Shown: piece by piece, positions 1-8,788 of the stretch | Layout of the letters: each line of letters begins with the position of its first letter | Position numbering within the stretch: position 1 is the first letter of the stretch | Assembly (NCBI RefSeq): GCF_000039765.1 | Contig: NC_004460.2 | Location: 30,001 to 62,000, forward strand | Direction of reading: 5' to 3' | DNA from: Vibrio vulnificus CMCP6 | Lineage (GTDB): Bacteria; Pseudomonadota; Gammaproteobacteria; Enterobacterales; Vibrionaceae | Length of the DNA stretch: 32,000 nt | Made by a program: the position numbers and the translations under genes | The notes under the pieces: model-generated | What the model was told of the DNA's origin: nothing | The model's database searches: none | What the model saw: only the letters and a program-made list of their open reading frames with translations

Positions 1-867
1 CAAGCGATCAGTCAGACGCTGTCAGGCAAAAATGTTGGTGTTTATCGTGAAGGTGATGACTTAATCCCGATTGTGCTGCGAGCGCCCAAAGAAGAGCGCC
101 AGCATGCTAGGGCGATCGAAAACACCTTGGTTTATAGTCACGCGGTTGGGCAGTCAGTGCCAGTAAGTCAACTGATTGAATCGGTGGATGTGGTTTGGCA
201 AGACGCCATACTACGCCGCATTGATCGTGTCCCGACGATTTTAGTTCAAGCAGATCCTGCACCAGGTGTGCTCACGGCGGACGCGTTCAATCAAATACGC
301 AATAAAATCGAAGCTGTTCCTTTGCCTGCGGGTTACGAGTTGACTTGGTATGGTGAGTACAAAGCATCTAAGGATGCCAATGAAGGTCTGGTCATTTCGG
401 CACCTTACGGGTTTTCCGCAATGATTTTGTCGGTCATTTTCATGTTTAACGCGTTAAGACAGCCGTTGGTGATCTGGCTAACAGCGCCTTTAGCAGTGAT
501 TGGTGTCACGGTTGGCCTGATTGTCTTCCAAACGCCCTTCGAATTCATGGCGATTCTCGGCTTTCTTAGCTTGATCGGCATGATGGTGAAAAACGCCATC
601 GTCTTGGTGGATCAAGCTGACGTGGAAATTCGACAAGGCAAGTGGCCATTCCAAGCCATCATCAATGCGGCGATGAGTCGCGCTCGTCCTGTGCTTCTTG
701 GCGCATTGACCACGATATTAGGTGTCGCACCACTGTTGGTTGATCCCTTCTTTAAAAGTATGGCGGTCACCATCATGTTCGGTCTGCTGTTTGCGACCTT
801 GTTGACACTGGTGGTGATCCCGCTTTTCTATGCCATGTTGTTTCGCATAAAAGTGGAGCAAATGTAA
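1..867 (+). CDS. RND family efflux transporter permease subunit (AcrB/AcrD/AcrF type), C-terminal part; 5' end outside window
   Basis: Frame 1 is open from base 1 (QAISQTLSGKNVGVYREGDDLIPIVLRAPKEER...). C-terminal RND motifs follow: 'GFLSLIGMMVKNAIVLVDQ', 'RARPVLLGALTTILGVAPLL', 'FGLLFATLLTLVVIPLFYAM'. Confidence 0.93.
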   Translation, partial: QAISQTLSGKNVGVYREGDDLIPIVLRAPKEERQHARAIENTLVYSHAVGQSVPVSQLIESVDVVWQDAILRRIDRVPTILVQADPAPGVLTADAFNQIRNKIEAVPLPAGYELTWYGEYKASKDANEGLVISAPYGFSAMILSVIFMFNALRQPLVIWLTAPLAVIGVTVGLIVFQTPFEFMAILGFLSLIGMMVKNAIVLVDQADVEIRQGKWPFQAIINAAMSRARPVLLGALTTILGVAPLLVDPFFKSMAVTIMFGLLFATLLTLVVIPLFYAMLFRIKVEQM

Positions 868-878
868 CGTGACGAACG

Positions 879-905
879 AACGCTACTCAGTTGAGTAGCG
901 TTTTT
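879..905 (+). terminator. Rho-independent terminator of the RND gene
   Basis: AACGCTACTCA-GT-TGAGTAGCGTT perfect inverted repeat followed by a T-run, 12 nt after the stop codon. Confidence 0.9.
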
Positions 906-1023
906 TTTGGTGAGGCGTTTTCTGCGATTTTTGCACAATTCTTTATGCAACTGACGCCACTTCACAGAACCTTTCACATAACGCGCTAAACTAACATTAA
1001 CCCTTCGCCACAGGAGTCTTTTT

Positions 1024-2295
1024 ATGGATTTCAATCAACTGGTTAGTGGTCAACATCCCGTGTGGAATGTCATTATCGCGTTGCTGCTCGGGGCTATCAT
1101 TGGCACACAGCGTGGCTGGGTGATGCGAAACAGTGCTGAAGGCAGTCGTGTGGCGGGAATTCGCACCTTCTCTTTAGTTGGCTTACTGGGTGGGTTAACG
1201 GCATTGCTCGCCAGTCACACATCGCCTTTCGTGCTTGGTTTTGCTTTACTCGCCTTGGTGGCGCTGGCTTCTATTGCCTTCATTATTCAGCAGAAAAACA
1301 GCCAAGATATCAGCATTACTGGCGTTGTCAGTTTGCTGGTGACGTTTGTGATTGGCAGCTTAGCCGTAGTGGGAGAGGCCGTATTGGCGGCATCGGCAGC
1401 GGTAATTACTGCCGTCGTATTAGATAACAAAAGAGAGCTTCATCAAGGATTGCAGCGTCTGCAAGAATATGAATTGGATGCTGCCTTACGCTTGATGATG
1501 ATCTCTGTGGTGTTGCTGCCTCTGCTGCCAAATCAAACCTATGGCCCATGGAATGCCTTGAACCCGTATGAGATTTGGTGGATGGTGGTGCTGATCGCCA
1601 GCATTTCCTTTGTGGGGTACTTTGCGATCAAAATCGGCGGTGCCAAACGTGGAGTGCTATTTACCTCCGTTTTTGCCGGATTGAGTTCGTCAACGGCACT
1701 GACACTGCAATTTTCCAATCTTTCTCGAGAACAACCAACGATTAGCCCCTTGCTTGCCAGCGGCATACTGCTCAGCTGTGGCACCATGTTCCCACGTTTG
1801 CTGGTGGTGCTTTCGGTGTTAAACCCGGCCTTGGTGACACAGTTGTGGCCGATCGTGCTATTGATGATGGCAGCCTTGTATCTTCCAGCTTGGTGGATCT
1901 GGCGCTATAGCGATGTGGAGTTTAACGAGCAAGCGGGCAAACAAACCAACCCTCTTGCTCTGCAATCGGCGCTGTTTTTTGGGGTCATTTTAGCGGTGAT
2001 TATGCTGCTTTCTCACGCGTTATCTGAGTGGTTTGGCAGCGCGGGTACACTCATCCTTGCTGCGTTGTCGGGTATTACCGATGTGGATGCCATTTCTCTT
2101 GCGCTTGGTCGTCAAAGTACTCAAGGGTTGAGCGTAACCACCGCTGCGCTTGGGGTGTTTATCGCCGCTTCCGTCAATACGTTAGTCAAAATGGGCATGG
2201 TGGTGGCGATTGGTGATCGCAAGTTGTGGAAACGCGTGGCGCCGGTGATGCTCGCCAGCGTAGCGATTGGCGGCGTGACATTTTGGGCCCTCTAG
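1024..2295 (+). CDS. MgtC/SapB-like N-terminus plus DUF4010 multi-pass membrane protein
   Basis: 423 aa; 'LLLGAIIGTQRGW..GSRVAGIRTFSLVGLLGGLTALLA' MgtC-like start, then DUF4010-like 'FVGYFAIKIGGAKRGVLFTSVFAGLSSSTALTLQFS'. Confidence 0.85.
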   Translation: MDFNQLVSGQHPVWNVIIALLLGAIIGTQRGWVMRNSAEGSRVAGIRTFSLVGLLGGLTALLASHTSPFVLGFALLALVALASIAFIIQQKNSQDISITGVVSLLVTFVIGSLAVVGEAVLAASAAVITAVVLDNKRELHQGLQRLQEYELDAALRLMMISVVLLPLLPNQTYGPWNALNPYEIWWMVVLIASISFVGYFAIKIGGAKRGVLFTSVFAGLSSSTALTLQFSNLSREQPTISPLLASGILLSCGTMFPRLLVVLSVLNPALVTQLWPIVLLMMAALYLPAWWIWRYSDVEFNEQAGKQTNPLALQSALFFGVILAVIMLLSHALSEWFGSAGTLILAALSGITDVDAISLALGRQSTQGLSVTTAALGVFIAASVNTLVKMGMVVAIGDRKLWKRVAPVMLASVAIGGVTFWAL

Positions 2296-2303
2296 TCAAA
2301 CAG

Positions 2304-2325
2304 AGGCCCAGCATTCACTGGGCCT
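2304..2325. terminator. Bidirectional terminator hairpin between convergent genes
   Basis: AGGCCCAG-CATTCA-CTGGGCCT perfect stem between the stops at 2295(+) and 2359(-). No strong T-run, so call is moderate. Confidence 0.5.
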
Positions 2326-2358
2326 AGGACATTATGGAAGGTCGACAATATGACTCGG

Positions 2359-4122
2359 CTAGTTTTGGTGAACAAAAGGCCCCGCAGTGGCGCTAGATGC
2401 CACATTGCCAGCAGAATCATAGACTTTCGAGGTGACGTAATACTCGTAAGCCACCCCTTTGGAACCGTTGAAATTATACGAATGTGACGTCACTTGCTCA
2501 TTTTTTACATACGTGCCGCAGCAAGAAAAGGTTACTTCCGTCGATGAGGCGACATCCGTATCCCAGCTGATTTGGAATTTCACCCCTTTGATGACACGGC
2601 TGCTGACATTGGAAATGGTGATATCGCCCCCCGTGCCAGAGCCCCCTCCATCACCTCCTCTGGCGCAGAGATCACTGCTGACGCCCACTTCATCCCAAGC
2701 GTCAAGGACGTTGGCCGAGTGGGTACTAGCAACGGCGTCAGTGGCGGCGCGCGCTAAACAGAAATCTGCATTGGGCGGCAGGGAGGTAAAACCGTTATAT
2801 ACGATTTGCGTTGCGGCATCCAAACCGATACCCGCCACATCGGTACCTGAGGCAAATTGTCCATCAGAATTTTGCCCGCCATTGACTAATAAGTAATACC
2901 AGTGGTTGATGATGCCACTGTTGATGTGCACACCACCATTGTCGCCAGTGCCTGTGTATCGTTCATTGTAATGAGAGGGATCGCCATCTTCTCCTGGATC
3001 AGCCATATTGCGGATGCCGTTTGAGTTTGGCGTGATGTCTTCACCGATGGTCCAGTTGCCACTGCCATAATAAAACTCAATGTTGGTGCCCATGATGTCG
3101 GAAAACGCTTCATTGAGTGCACCAGATTCATTTTGGTAAATCAGATCGCTGGTTGCGTCGGTCAATCCGTGTGAAAGTTCGTGTCCCACCACATCTAAAT
3201 CACCGGATAAATTAATGAAGGAGATGCCGTCTCCATCTCCGTAAGCCATTTGATAGCCATTCCAATAGGCGTTGTTATAGTTGCGTTTAACATGAGCGGT
3301 TGACACCATCCCCTGCGAATAGTGATTTAGCCAGTTGAATTGCAGCACGCTCAAAAAGTAACTGTCAGTCACATTGGCAAAGAAATGGGCATCGACCATA
3401 GCCGCTTGGCCAGGGGAAGTGCGGCCAGGTTCCACCCACTGATCATCACTATCCGTGGCCAGATCTCCGGGTAATCGACTGCGGCCGCCCGCATCGTAGG
3501 TAGAAAGGCGACCATTTGCAGAAACCATTTCGAAATTGCCGCGATTAAATGTGGTCAGCCCGGAAAGGTCTTTGCTATCCCCATGAACGCCCGTTCCGCT
3601 GCCAGTGGTTAACCCGTCATAAGCATTGAGCACTTCGCCAGTTTCGGCATCAATCCAATAGTGCCAACGGCTGTCAGCACGTTGATTTTCTACGATATAA
3701 AAGAACAGTCCATTGGAAGGGTTAATAAACAGGTTAGTCGTCCACCGTCCATGGCCACCAATTTTCATCATCACGATGCCTTTGGCCGTTTCGGCTTTCA
3801 GTTTGACGGAATTACTTGAGAGTAAATGGTCATAGCGACGACCAATCACCGCGACAACATCGCCACTGGCCGCCGTGATGAGACTGATTTCTCCGCCAAA
3901 TACAATGGCATTTTGAAAGTGCTGCTGAAAGCGCTGTGTTTCCATTCCGGAATGACCAAGCGCAAAGCGTTTCACCAAGGTGGCGTTGTCTGGAAGGATA
4001 AAGTTTTTCGCTTGAAGACCTTTCAAGCTAGGACTTGGATGCGCGTTGGGACCATTTGCTGCCATGCTTAAAGGAGCGGCTGCGAGCAGGCAAGTGGCAA
4101 TGATGGTGGTTTTGAAAGTCAT
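2359..4122 (-). CDS. Secreted M4 family zinc metalloprotease (thermolysin/vibriolysin type) with FTP/PepSY-type propeptide and a C-terminal beta-sandwich-like extension
   Basis: HELSHGLTD (HEXXH at 3169-3183) and GALNEAFSDIMG motifs; signal peptide MTFKTTIIATCLLAAAPLSMA. ORF track starts at 4185, but the ATG at 4122 is preceded by GGAGG at ideal spacing and begins exactly at the signal peptide. Confidence 0.9.
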   Translation of the reverse strand: MTFKTTIIATCLLAAAPLSMAANGPNAHPSPSLKGLQAKNFILPDNATLVKRFALGHSGMETQRFQQHFQNAIVFGGEISLITAASGDVVAVIGRRYDHLLSSNSVKLKAETAKGIVMMKIGGHGRWTTNLFINPSNGLFFYIVENQRADSRWHYWIDAETGEVLNAYDGLTTGSGTGVHGDSKDLSGLTTFNRGNFEMVSANGRLSTYDAGGRSRLPGDLATDSDDQWVEPGRTSPGQAAMVDAHFFANVTDSYFLSVLQFNWLNHYSQGMVSTAHVKRNYNNAYWNGYQMAYGDGDGISFINLSGDLDVVGHELSHGLTDATSDLIYQNESGALNEAFSDIMGTNIEFYYGSGNWTIGEDITPNSNGIRNMADPGEDGDPSHYNERYTGTGDNGGVHINSGIINHWYYLLVNGGQNSDGQFASGTDVAGIGLDAATQIVYNGFTSLPPNADFCLARAATDAVASTHSANVLDAWDEVGVSSDLCARGGDGGGSGTGGDITISNVSSRVIKGVKFQISWDTDVASSTEVTFSCCGTYVKNEQVTSHSYNFNGSKGVAYEYYVTSKVYDSAGNVASSATAGPFVHQN

Positions 4123-4537
4123 GAACGCCTCCAAAGTGAAGTCCATTTTGTTCCCACCATAGGATTGCAAAACTGCGCACTTCATGACTGTGTGAGAACT
4201 TGCTATTTATGAGTTTGTCACTAAAGATAAGTGTAGGCAGGAAAAGGGCTGCCATCAAACCACATCACGGAATTGATAATAATTTATCTGAATAATGAAA
4301 TGGATATATTGTTAAATGTGTTATTTATGAGACGGATAGATGACAAGGATTGATGTGATTAATAAAAGCACTATAATCATGGCAAATTTTAATAAGATGT
4401 CCCATAAATCAGTTTGCTCTACAAATCGCCTTGGTGAAGAATTACTTGCTTAATGTAGAGTTAAAACAAGGAAGTCATTTTTAGACGTCTTAATCAACCG
4501 AAATAACAAGTTGGCTTGTATTGTGTATTTGGACTGA

Positions 4538-5656
4538 TTGAGGTTTCACGTTTTGTTTTCTGTATCAAACTCTTTTATTTCCTCTTTGAAGCGAAACGCT
4601 TTGGGGGGATTACTTCTTGCTGCGATGAGCTTTCCATTGGCCGCCGCCCCTGAAACAACGGTATTAACACCCGATCAAGATTGGATGCCAACCACGGATT
4701 TGAGCTTGCCACGACAAATGAAAATAGGTGCGCTCGAAAACGGCATTCGTTATGTTGTCATGCCATCACGCTATAGCCAAAAGACGGTGTCACTTCGCTT
4801 CGAATTGCAAACGGCATCCAATCAGACTTGGCTTGTGGCCAACGAAGCAGACCTGAACTCGCGCTCTCTCAAAGAGGCCCTTGTTGAACTGCGCGACAAA
4901 GTCTTGGTGAACGACAAAGTCCCAGCGGCTCCTCAAAGTAAGCTGACGGTGATTTTGGTGGGGGATATTCAGGTTCGCGATGCGATCGATCAAATCGACA
5001 TCGTTTTTGGTGGAGCCAAGATTGGCAACTCGATTCCCGGTCGTTTGTTTGCTGAAAAGCCAAGTCCAAGTCTTGAGCAACCAGAGGATGCTGAGACGTC
5101 AGCTCAGCCTGTGGCCGCCAACATCTATTTGAAAACACGCCTGACTGATGACCAAGAAGACAGCAAAATGCGTCGTAAAGAGCTGACAGCAAGTCAGTTG
5201 GCTGATGATGTTTTGATGGCGCGATTGGAAAAGCAACTGTTAGAAGCCAACATCGGTCTAGTAGCGGTTGAGATGGAAGAGAGTTGGTCTCGCCAGCAAT
5301 TGGTCAGCACGATTACAGTGGCACTGAGTAACGAAGAAGAGTTAGATAGTGCAAAAACCATCGTTACCAAGGTGCTGGAAGGGGCAAAAAATGGCAATGT
5401 GACGGCGGATGAGTTTGCGACACAAGTTCAATTGAGACACGACTTGTTTAAGCGCCATCTTAAGGTTTCACCTTCGCAACAAGCCGATGGTATTGCACAA
5501 GCAATCCGCTTTAATCGCGTTTATGTGCAGCCATCTGATGAGTTGAGATTATTTGAGTTCCATATCGCGCATATGACTGAGAGCGACGTCAGTGAGTCGA
5601 TGATCGTCAACTGGTCAAAAGGCACTGAAATGCTTAGTCACGTCACTGGTCAATAA
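4538..5656 (+). CDS. Truncated/degenerate M16 (insulinase/PqqL)-like secreted protein lacking the HXXEH zinc motif
   Basis: 372 aa. 'LENGIRYVVMPSRYSQKTVSLRFEL' resembles an M16 N-terminus and 'SKLTVILVGDIQVRDAIDQIDIVFG' resembles the M16 'VGDV' segment. No HXXEH or other HEXXH-type motif is present. Confidence 0.6.
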   Translation: MRFHVLFSVSNSFISSLKRNALGGLLLAAMSFPLAAAPETTVLTPDQDWMPTTDLSLPRQMKIGALENGIRYVVMPSRYSQKTVSLRFELQTASNQTWLVANEADLNSRSLKEALVELRDKVLVNDKVPAAPQSKLTVILVGDIQVRDAIDQIDIVFGGAKIGNSIPGRLFAEKPSPSLEQPEDAETSAQPVAANIYLKTRLTDDQEDSKMRRKELTASQLADDVLMARLEKQLLEANIGLVAVEMEESWSRQQLVSTITVALSNEEELDSAKTIVTKVLEGAKNGNVTADEFATQVQLRHDLFKRHLKVSPSQQADGIAQAIRFNRVYVQPSDELRLFEFHIAHMTESDVSESMIVNWSKGTEMLSHVTGQ

Positions 5657-5862
5657 TTCTCCAGACTTTGATAAAGCCAACTTGTTGTTCGAGTTGGTTT
5701 TTTTATATTTCCTATTCCTCTGTGGTATGACTCTTGCTTTAATACACTCGTGAGCGTTATCTGCCATTAAAAATGGCGCCTTGCCTTGATAAATTCTCAA
5801 ATTGAGAATGGTTTTAGGAAAGAAAAGGGCGCTTTGATAGGCAGAAGCGATACAGGGAGGCA

Positions 5863-6237
5863 ATGACGATGCAAAATCATGACGATCAAAAGCGAAAGTA
5901 TTACCGCTTAAAATATCCTGTGAAGGCACTACCACGTGTCCGTATCAACGGTAATGTGTACCACGTGAATGAAGTTTCCGAAGGGGGCTTACGGGTCACA
6001 CTCTCTAGCATCCACCAATTTCATCAGGGTCTGATGATTCGGGGAACGTTGCAGCTGCTCAACTGTGTGTTGGCTATCGAAGGGCGTATTTTGCGTTTCG
6101 ATCAAGATGAAGTGGTGTTAAAGCTCTCTAAAGGCCCGAGTTTCAAGCATATGGCTGCAGAGCAACGTTATCTCTTGCAGCATTTTCCGACTCATATACA
6201 TATGCTGCGCCGAGCCGCGGCCAATCAAGTCGCGTGA
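5863..6237 (+). CDS. PilZ domain-containing (putative c-di-GMP binding) protein
   Basis: 124 aa; 'RKYYRLKYPVKALPRVRINGNVYHVNEVSEGGLRV' matches the RxxxR...(D/N)xSxxG PilZ signature. Confidence 0.8.
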   Translation: MTMQNHDDQKRKYYRLKYPVKALPRVRINGNVYHVNEVSEGGLRVTLSSIHQFHQGLMIRGTLQLLNCVLAIEGRILRFDQDEVVLKLSKGPSFKHMAAEQRYLLQHFPTHIHMLRRAAANQVA

Positions 6238-6284
6238 TCGGATTTTCCCAAATACACTTCCCAACGACATTTCTCAAGGTCATT

Positions 6285-6325
6285 AAAACAAACGCGAAGC
6301 GGATTAACACGCTTCGCTTTGTTTT
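6285..6325. terminator. Bidirectional terminator between PilZ gene and SpoIIAA-like gene
   Basis: AAAACAAACGCGAAGCG...CGCTTCGCTTTGTTTT near-perfect inverted repeat flanked by A/T tracts, located between convergent genes. Confidence 0.75.
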
Positions 6326-6390
6326 GTCGTTCACTTCAGTACCGATAGGGCAATAATGCCGATAGAGTAATTTGGATCGAGTCTGATCCG

Positions 6391-6786
6391 TTAATCCGCC
6401 AACCATGTGATTGCCGAGTCATAATCGCTAAATGATTTCATCTCGCCAGAAATAAACCAGCTGCCAACTTTGGCTGCGAGTTCTTGCCAATTTTTGTCGC
6501 CATAAACAGCAACTTTATTGACGTTGAAGCCGATTTTGAGACCCAGTTGGAAGTCATCCCAGGCCGCTCTAGGCTCCCAGCCTGAAAACTCGCTAATGTC
6601 TGCGAGCATATTCATCTGTTGTCGATTGATGCCCGCAAGGGCGGCTTCCAGAACTGGAACGATCGCTTGATAATCTTGATGGGTGAGTGTGCCTGTTGCT
6701 TTAAAAACCAATATGGTTTGTGAGCCAATACGCTCAATGCCAAACGTGATGCCGTGACGTTGATTATTCACCTCGTGTCTCCTCAC
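6391..6786 (-). CDS. SpoIIAA-like / STAS family protein
   Basis: 131 aa; 'MRRHEVNNQRHGITFGIERIGSQTILVFKATGTLTHQDYQAIVPVLEAAL...ADISEFSGWEPRAAWDDFQLGLKIG...KVAVYGDKNWQELAAKVGSWFISGEMKSFSD' is typical of this family. Confidence 0.8.
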   Translation of the reverse strand: MRRHEVNNQRHGITFGIERIGSQTILVFKATGTLTHQDYQAIVPVLEAALAGINRQQMNMLADISEFSGWEPRAAWDDFQLGLKIGFNVNKVAVYGDKNWQELAAKVGSWFISGEMKSFSDYDSAITWLAD

Positions 6787-7013
6787 TCTATGGTTTGTTT
6801 GTAAGAGCTTAGAGGAGATTCAAACCCTAAAGTGGGAGCCGATTCAGACTTTCGCTATCTCTGTTGGAGTCAATGCTGTTGCGATGTTGGGGTGTTTTGA
6901 TAATTTCACTCAACTGTCATAAAAATTTAATCTTGTTATGCGTTGTGTTCCGAACGGGAAATAATAATACTGTCAACACAAACTGAAAAAACAATAATAT
7001 GAGGAGAGTGGAT

Positions 7014-7115
7014 ATGCAGCATCAAGAAATGATTCAACCAACCCATCTTGGCGTAATTGGCCGAACTTGCATTTTATCTCTCGGTATTGTTGCAAGTTTC
7101 CTATTTCTGATTTGA
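7014..7115 (+). CDS. Putative small membrane protein, 33 aa (MQHQEMIQPTHLGVIGRTCILSLGIVASFLFLI)
   Basis: GAGGAG Shine-Dalgarno at 7001-7006, 7 nt before the ATG. C-terminal half is a hydrophobic segment, and a strong terminator follows at 7143-7173. No homology known to me. Confidence 0.4.
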   Translation: MQHQEMIQPTHLGVIGRTCILSLGIVASFLFLI

Positions 7116-7142
7116 ATGCGCTAAGTTGCCGCGAACAAAATG

Positions 7143-7173
7143 AACAAGGGCTCCCACCATGGGAGCCCTTGTT
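7143..7173. terminator. Strong bidirectional intrinsic terminator
   Basis: AACAAGGGCTCCCA-CCA-TGGGAGCCCTTGTT, a perfect 14-bp stem. It lies 8 nt from the stop of the 7182-8435(-) permease gene and downstream of the small ORF. Confidence 0.85.
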
Positions 7174-7181
7174 GTTTTCGG

Positions 7182-8435
7182 TTAGACAATCGCGAACAGC
7201 AACGCAGAAACGGCCAGTAGCCCTGTCAGCAAAACAAACACAGTCGTGGCTTTACCACGATATATTTTTAATGAATCAACTCGGTAAATGGCGTAAACCG
7301 GCATGATAAACAGGATCATAGCGATGACTGGGCCAGATAAGGTTTCCATCATGCCGAGAATGCTCGGGTTGATCACCGCCGCAATCCAAATTGAGATAAA
7401 CAAGCTGACGATGGTCATTTTATCGGCGCGTTGAATAGGCATTGATGTGTGCTTGGTTAGCAATCCGTTAAGGCTTTCTCGTGCACCTAAAAAATGGCCA
7501 AGGAATGACGACGTAATGGCGATAAAGGCAACCAGAGGACCAAAAGTCGCAATAAATGGGTTCTCCGTTGCGTTGGCTAAATAAGAAAGTACCGACACAT
7601 TTTGCGCTTTTGCTTGCGCCAATTGCTCTGGGCTTAAAGAGAGCACGCAGGAGAAAACAAACAGCAGTACAAAAGCAATCAACATGATGCTGGTACGCTG
7701 AAGAATCTGTTCTGATTTACCATTCGCCTGCTCGCCGTAATGGCGTTTTTGCACGCCAACGAAGCTGGAAATGGCTGCGGCATGGCTAAATGAGAAGATC
7801 ACCACAGGCACGGCTAACCAGACCGTTTGTAGAAAATCGCCGGCAGAAGGCAGAGCCAAAGAAGGCAGTTGCCAACTTGGGATGAGATAAAGCGACAAAA
7901 ACGCCAGTATGGTGGCGAGTGGGTAAACCATGGCTGCAAACGCACGCAGCATCAGCTTTTCACCGCCGAGCATGATGGCAATTAGGCTGAAAACCAAAAC
8001 ACCAGACAGCAGCACTCGAGGTAATGACTCCATTCCCGCTTGATTGACCATAAAGCTGTCAACCGTGTTGGTGATGCCCACGCCATAAATGAGCAGAATG
8101 GGGAATATCGACAAGAAATAGAGCAAGGAAATCAGACGACCTGCTTTCGCTCCAAAGTGCTCCTCGACGACATCGGTAAAGTCCGCATCGGCTTGTTTTG
8201 ACGAGAGCACAAACCGCGCAAGTGCACGATGACCCCAAAATGTCATGGGAAACGCCAAAAGCGCTAACAGTACCAAAGGCCAAAAGCCGCCGATTCCTAG
8301 GTTGATAGGCAGAAAGAGAATGCCAGCCCCCACGGCGGTGCCAAATAAACTCAATACCCAATGAGTGTCGTGTTTTGTCCAAGTTTTAGTGGGCAGCGTG
8401 TCACTAAAATTTAACGTTTCTCGAGATTCTTTCAC
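7182..8435 (-). CDS. HAAAP family (SdaC/TdcC-type) amino acid permease
   Basis: 417 aa; 'WVLSLFGTAVGAGILFLPINLGIGGFWPL', 'VGITNTVDSFMVNQ', 'VIFSFSHAAAISSFV', 'SSFLGHFLGARESLNGLL' are family hallmarks. Confidence 0.85.
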   Translation of the reverse strand: MKESRETLNFSDTLPTKTWTKHDTHWVLSLFGTAVGAGILFLPINLGIGGFWPLVLLALLAFPMTFWGHRALARFVLSSKQADADFTDVVEEHFGAKAGRLISLLYFLSIFPILLIYGVGITNTVDSFMVNQAGMESLPRVLLSGVLVFSLIAIMLGGEKLMLRAFAAMVYPLATILAFLSLYLIPSWQLPSLALPSAGDFLQTVWLAVPVVIFSFSHAAAISSFVGVQKRHYGEQANGKSEQILQRTSIMLIAFVLLFVFSCVLSLSPEQLAQAKAQNVSVLSYLANATENPFIATFGPLVAFIAITSSFLGHFLGARESLNGLLTKHTSMPIQRADKMTIVSLFISIWIAAVINPSILGMMETLSGPVIAMILFIMPVYAIYRVDSLKIYRGKATTVFVLLTGLLAVSALLFAIV

Positions 8436-8788
8436 TTAATACTCGCATGTATAAGAATTATAATTTTGCAAATGTTATCGACTTTAGAGATATATATCAC
8501 ATCGATGTTGTAGCGATATGTGCTGTGATTTGTCACATTATGTAAATTATCTCGCCGTCACTTTTTCATCAAATTGGTTATATGAGCTGATTCTGTTTTT
8601 ATATGTGGTTTATTGTTCTGAATTTTTGTTATTTTCTGGATGTAGGTGTTGTGTTCGAAGTGGTGAAAAACACATCATTTTTGATGGAAAGTGGCCTGTT
8701 TGTTATGCCTCTTCTTGCTTAAGGTGTGACGATGGAGATTCCGTTACACTGCCATTTTTACGCTAGCGGATGAATACATCAAAAGGAT

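Noticed and set aside
8523-8536. TGTGATTTGTCACA as a CRP site
   Set aside because: The half-sites TGTGA and TCACA are separated by 4 nt, whereas CRP requires 6 nt. It remains an unassigned dyad; I do not claim a regulator.
8518-8766. 82-aa plus-strand ORF in the gap before the phosphatase gene
   Set aside because: Composition is Cys/Ser-rich and irregular, with no Shine-Dalgarno or homology impression. Probably non-coding.
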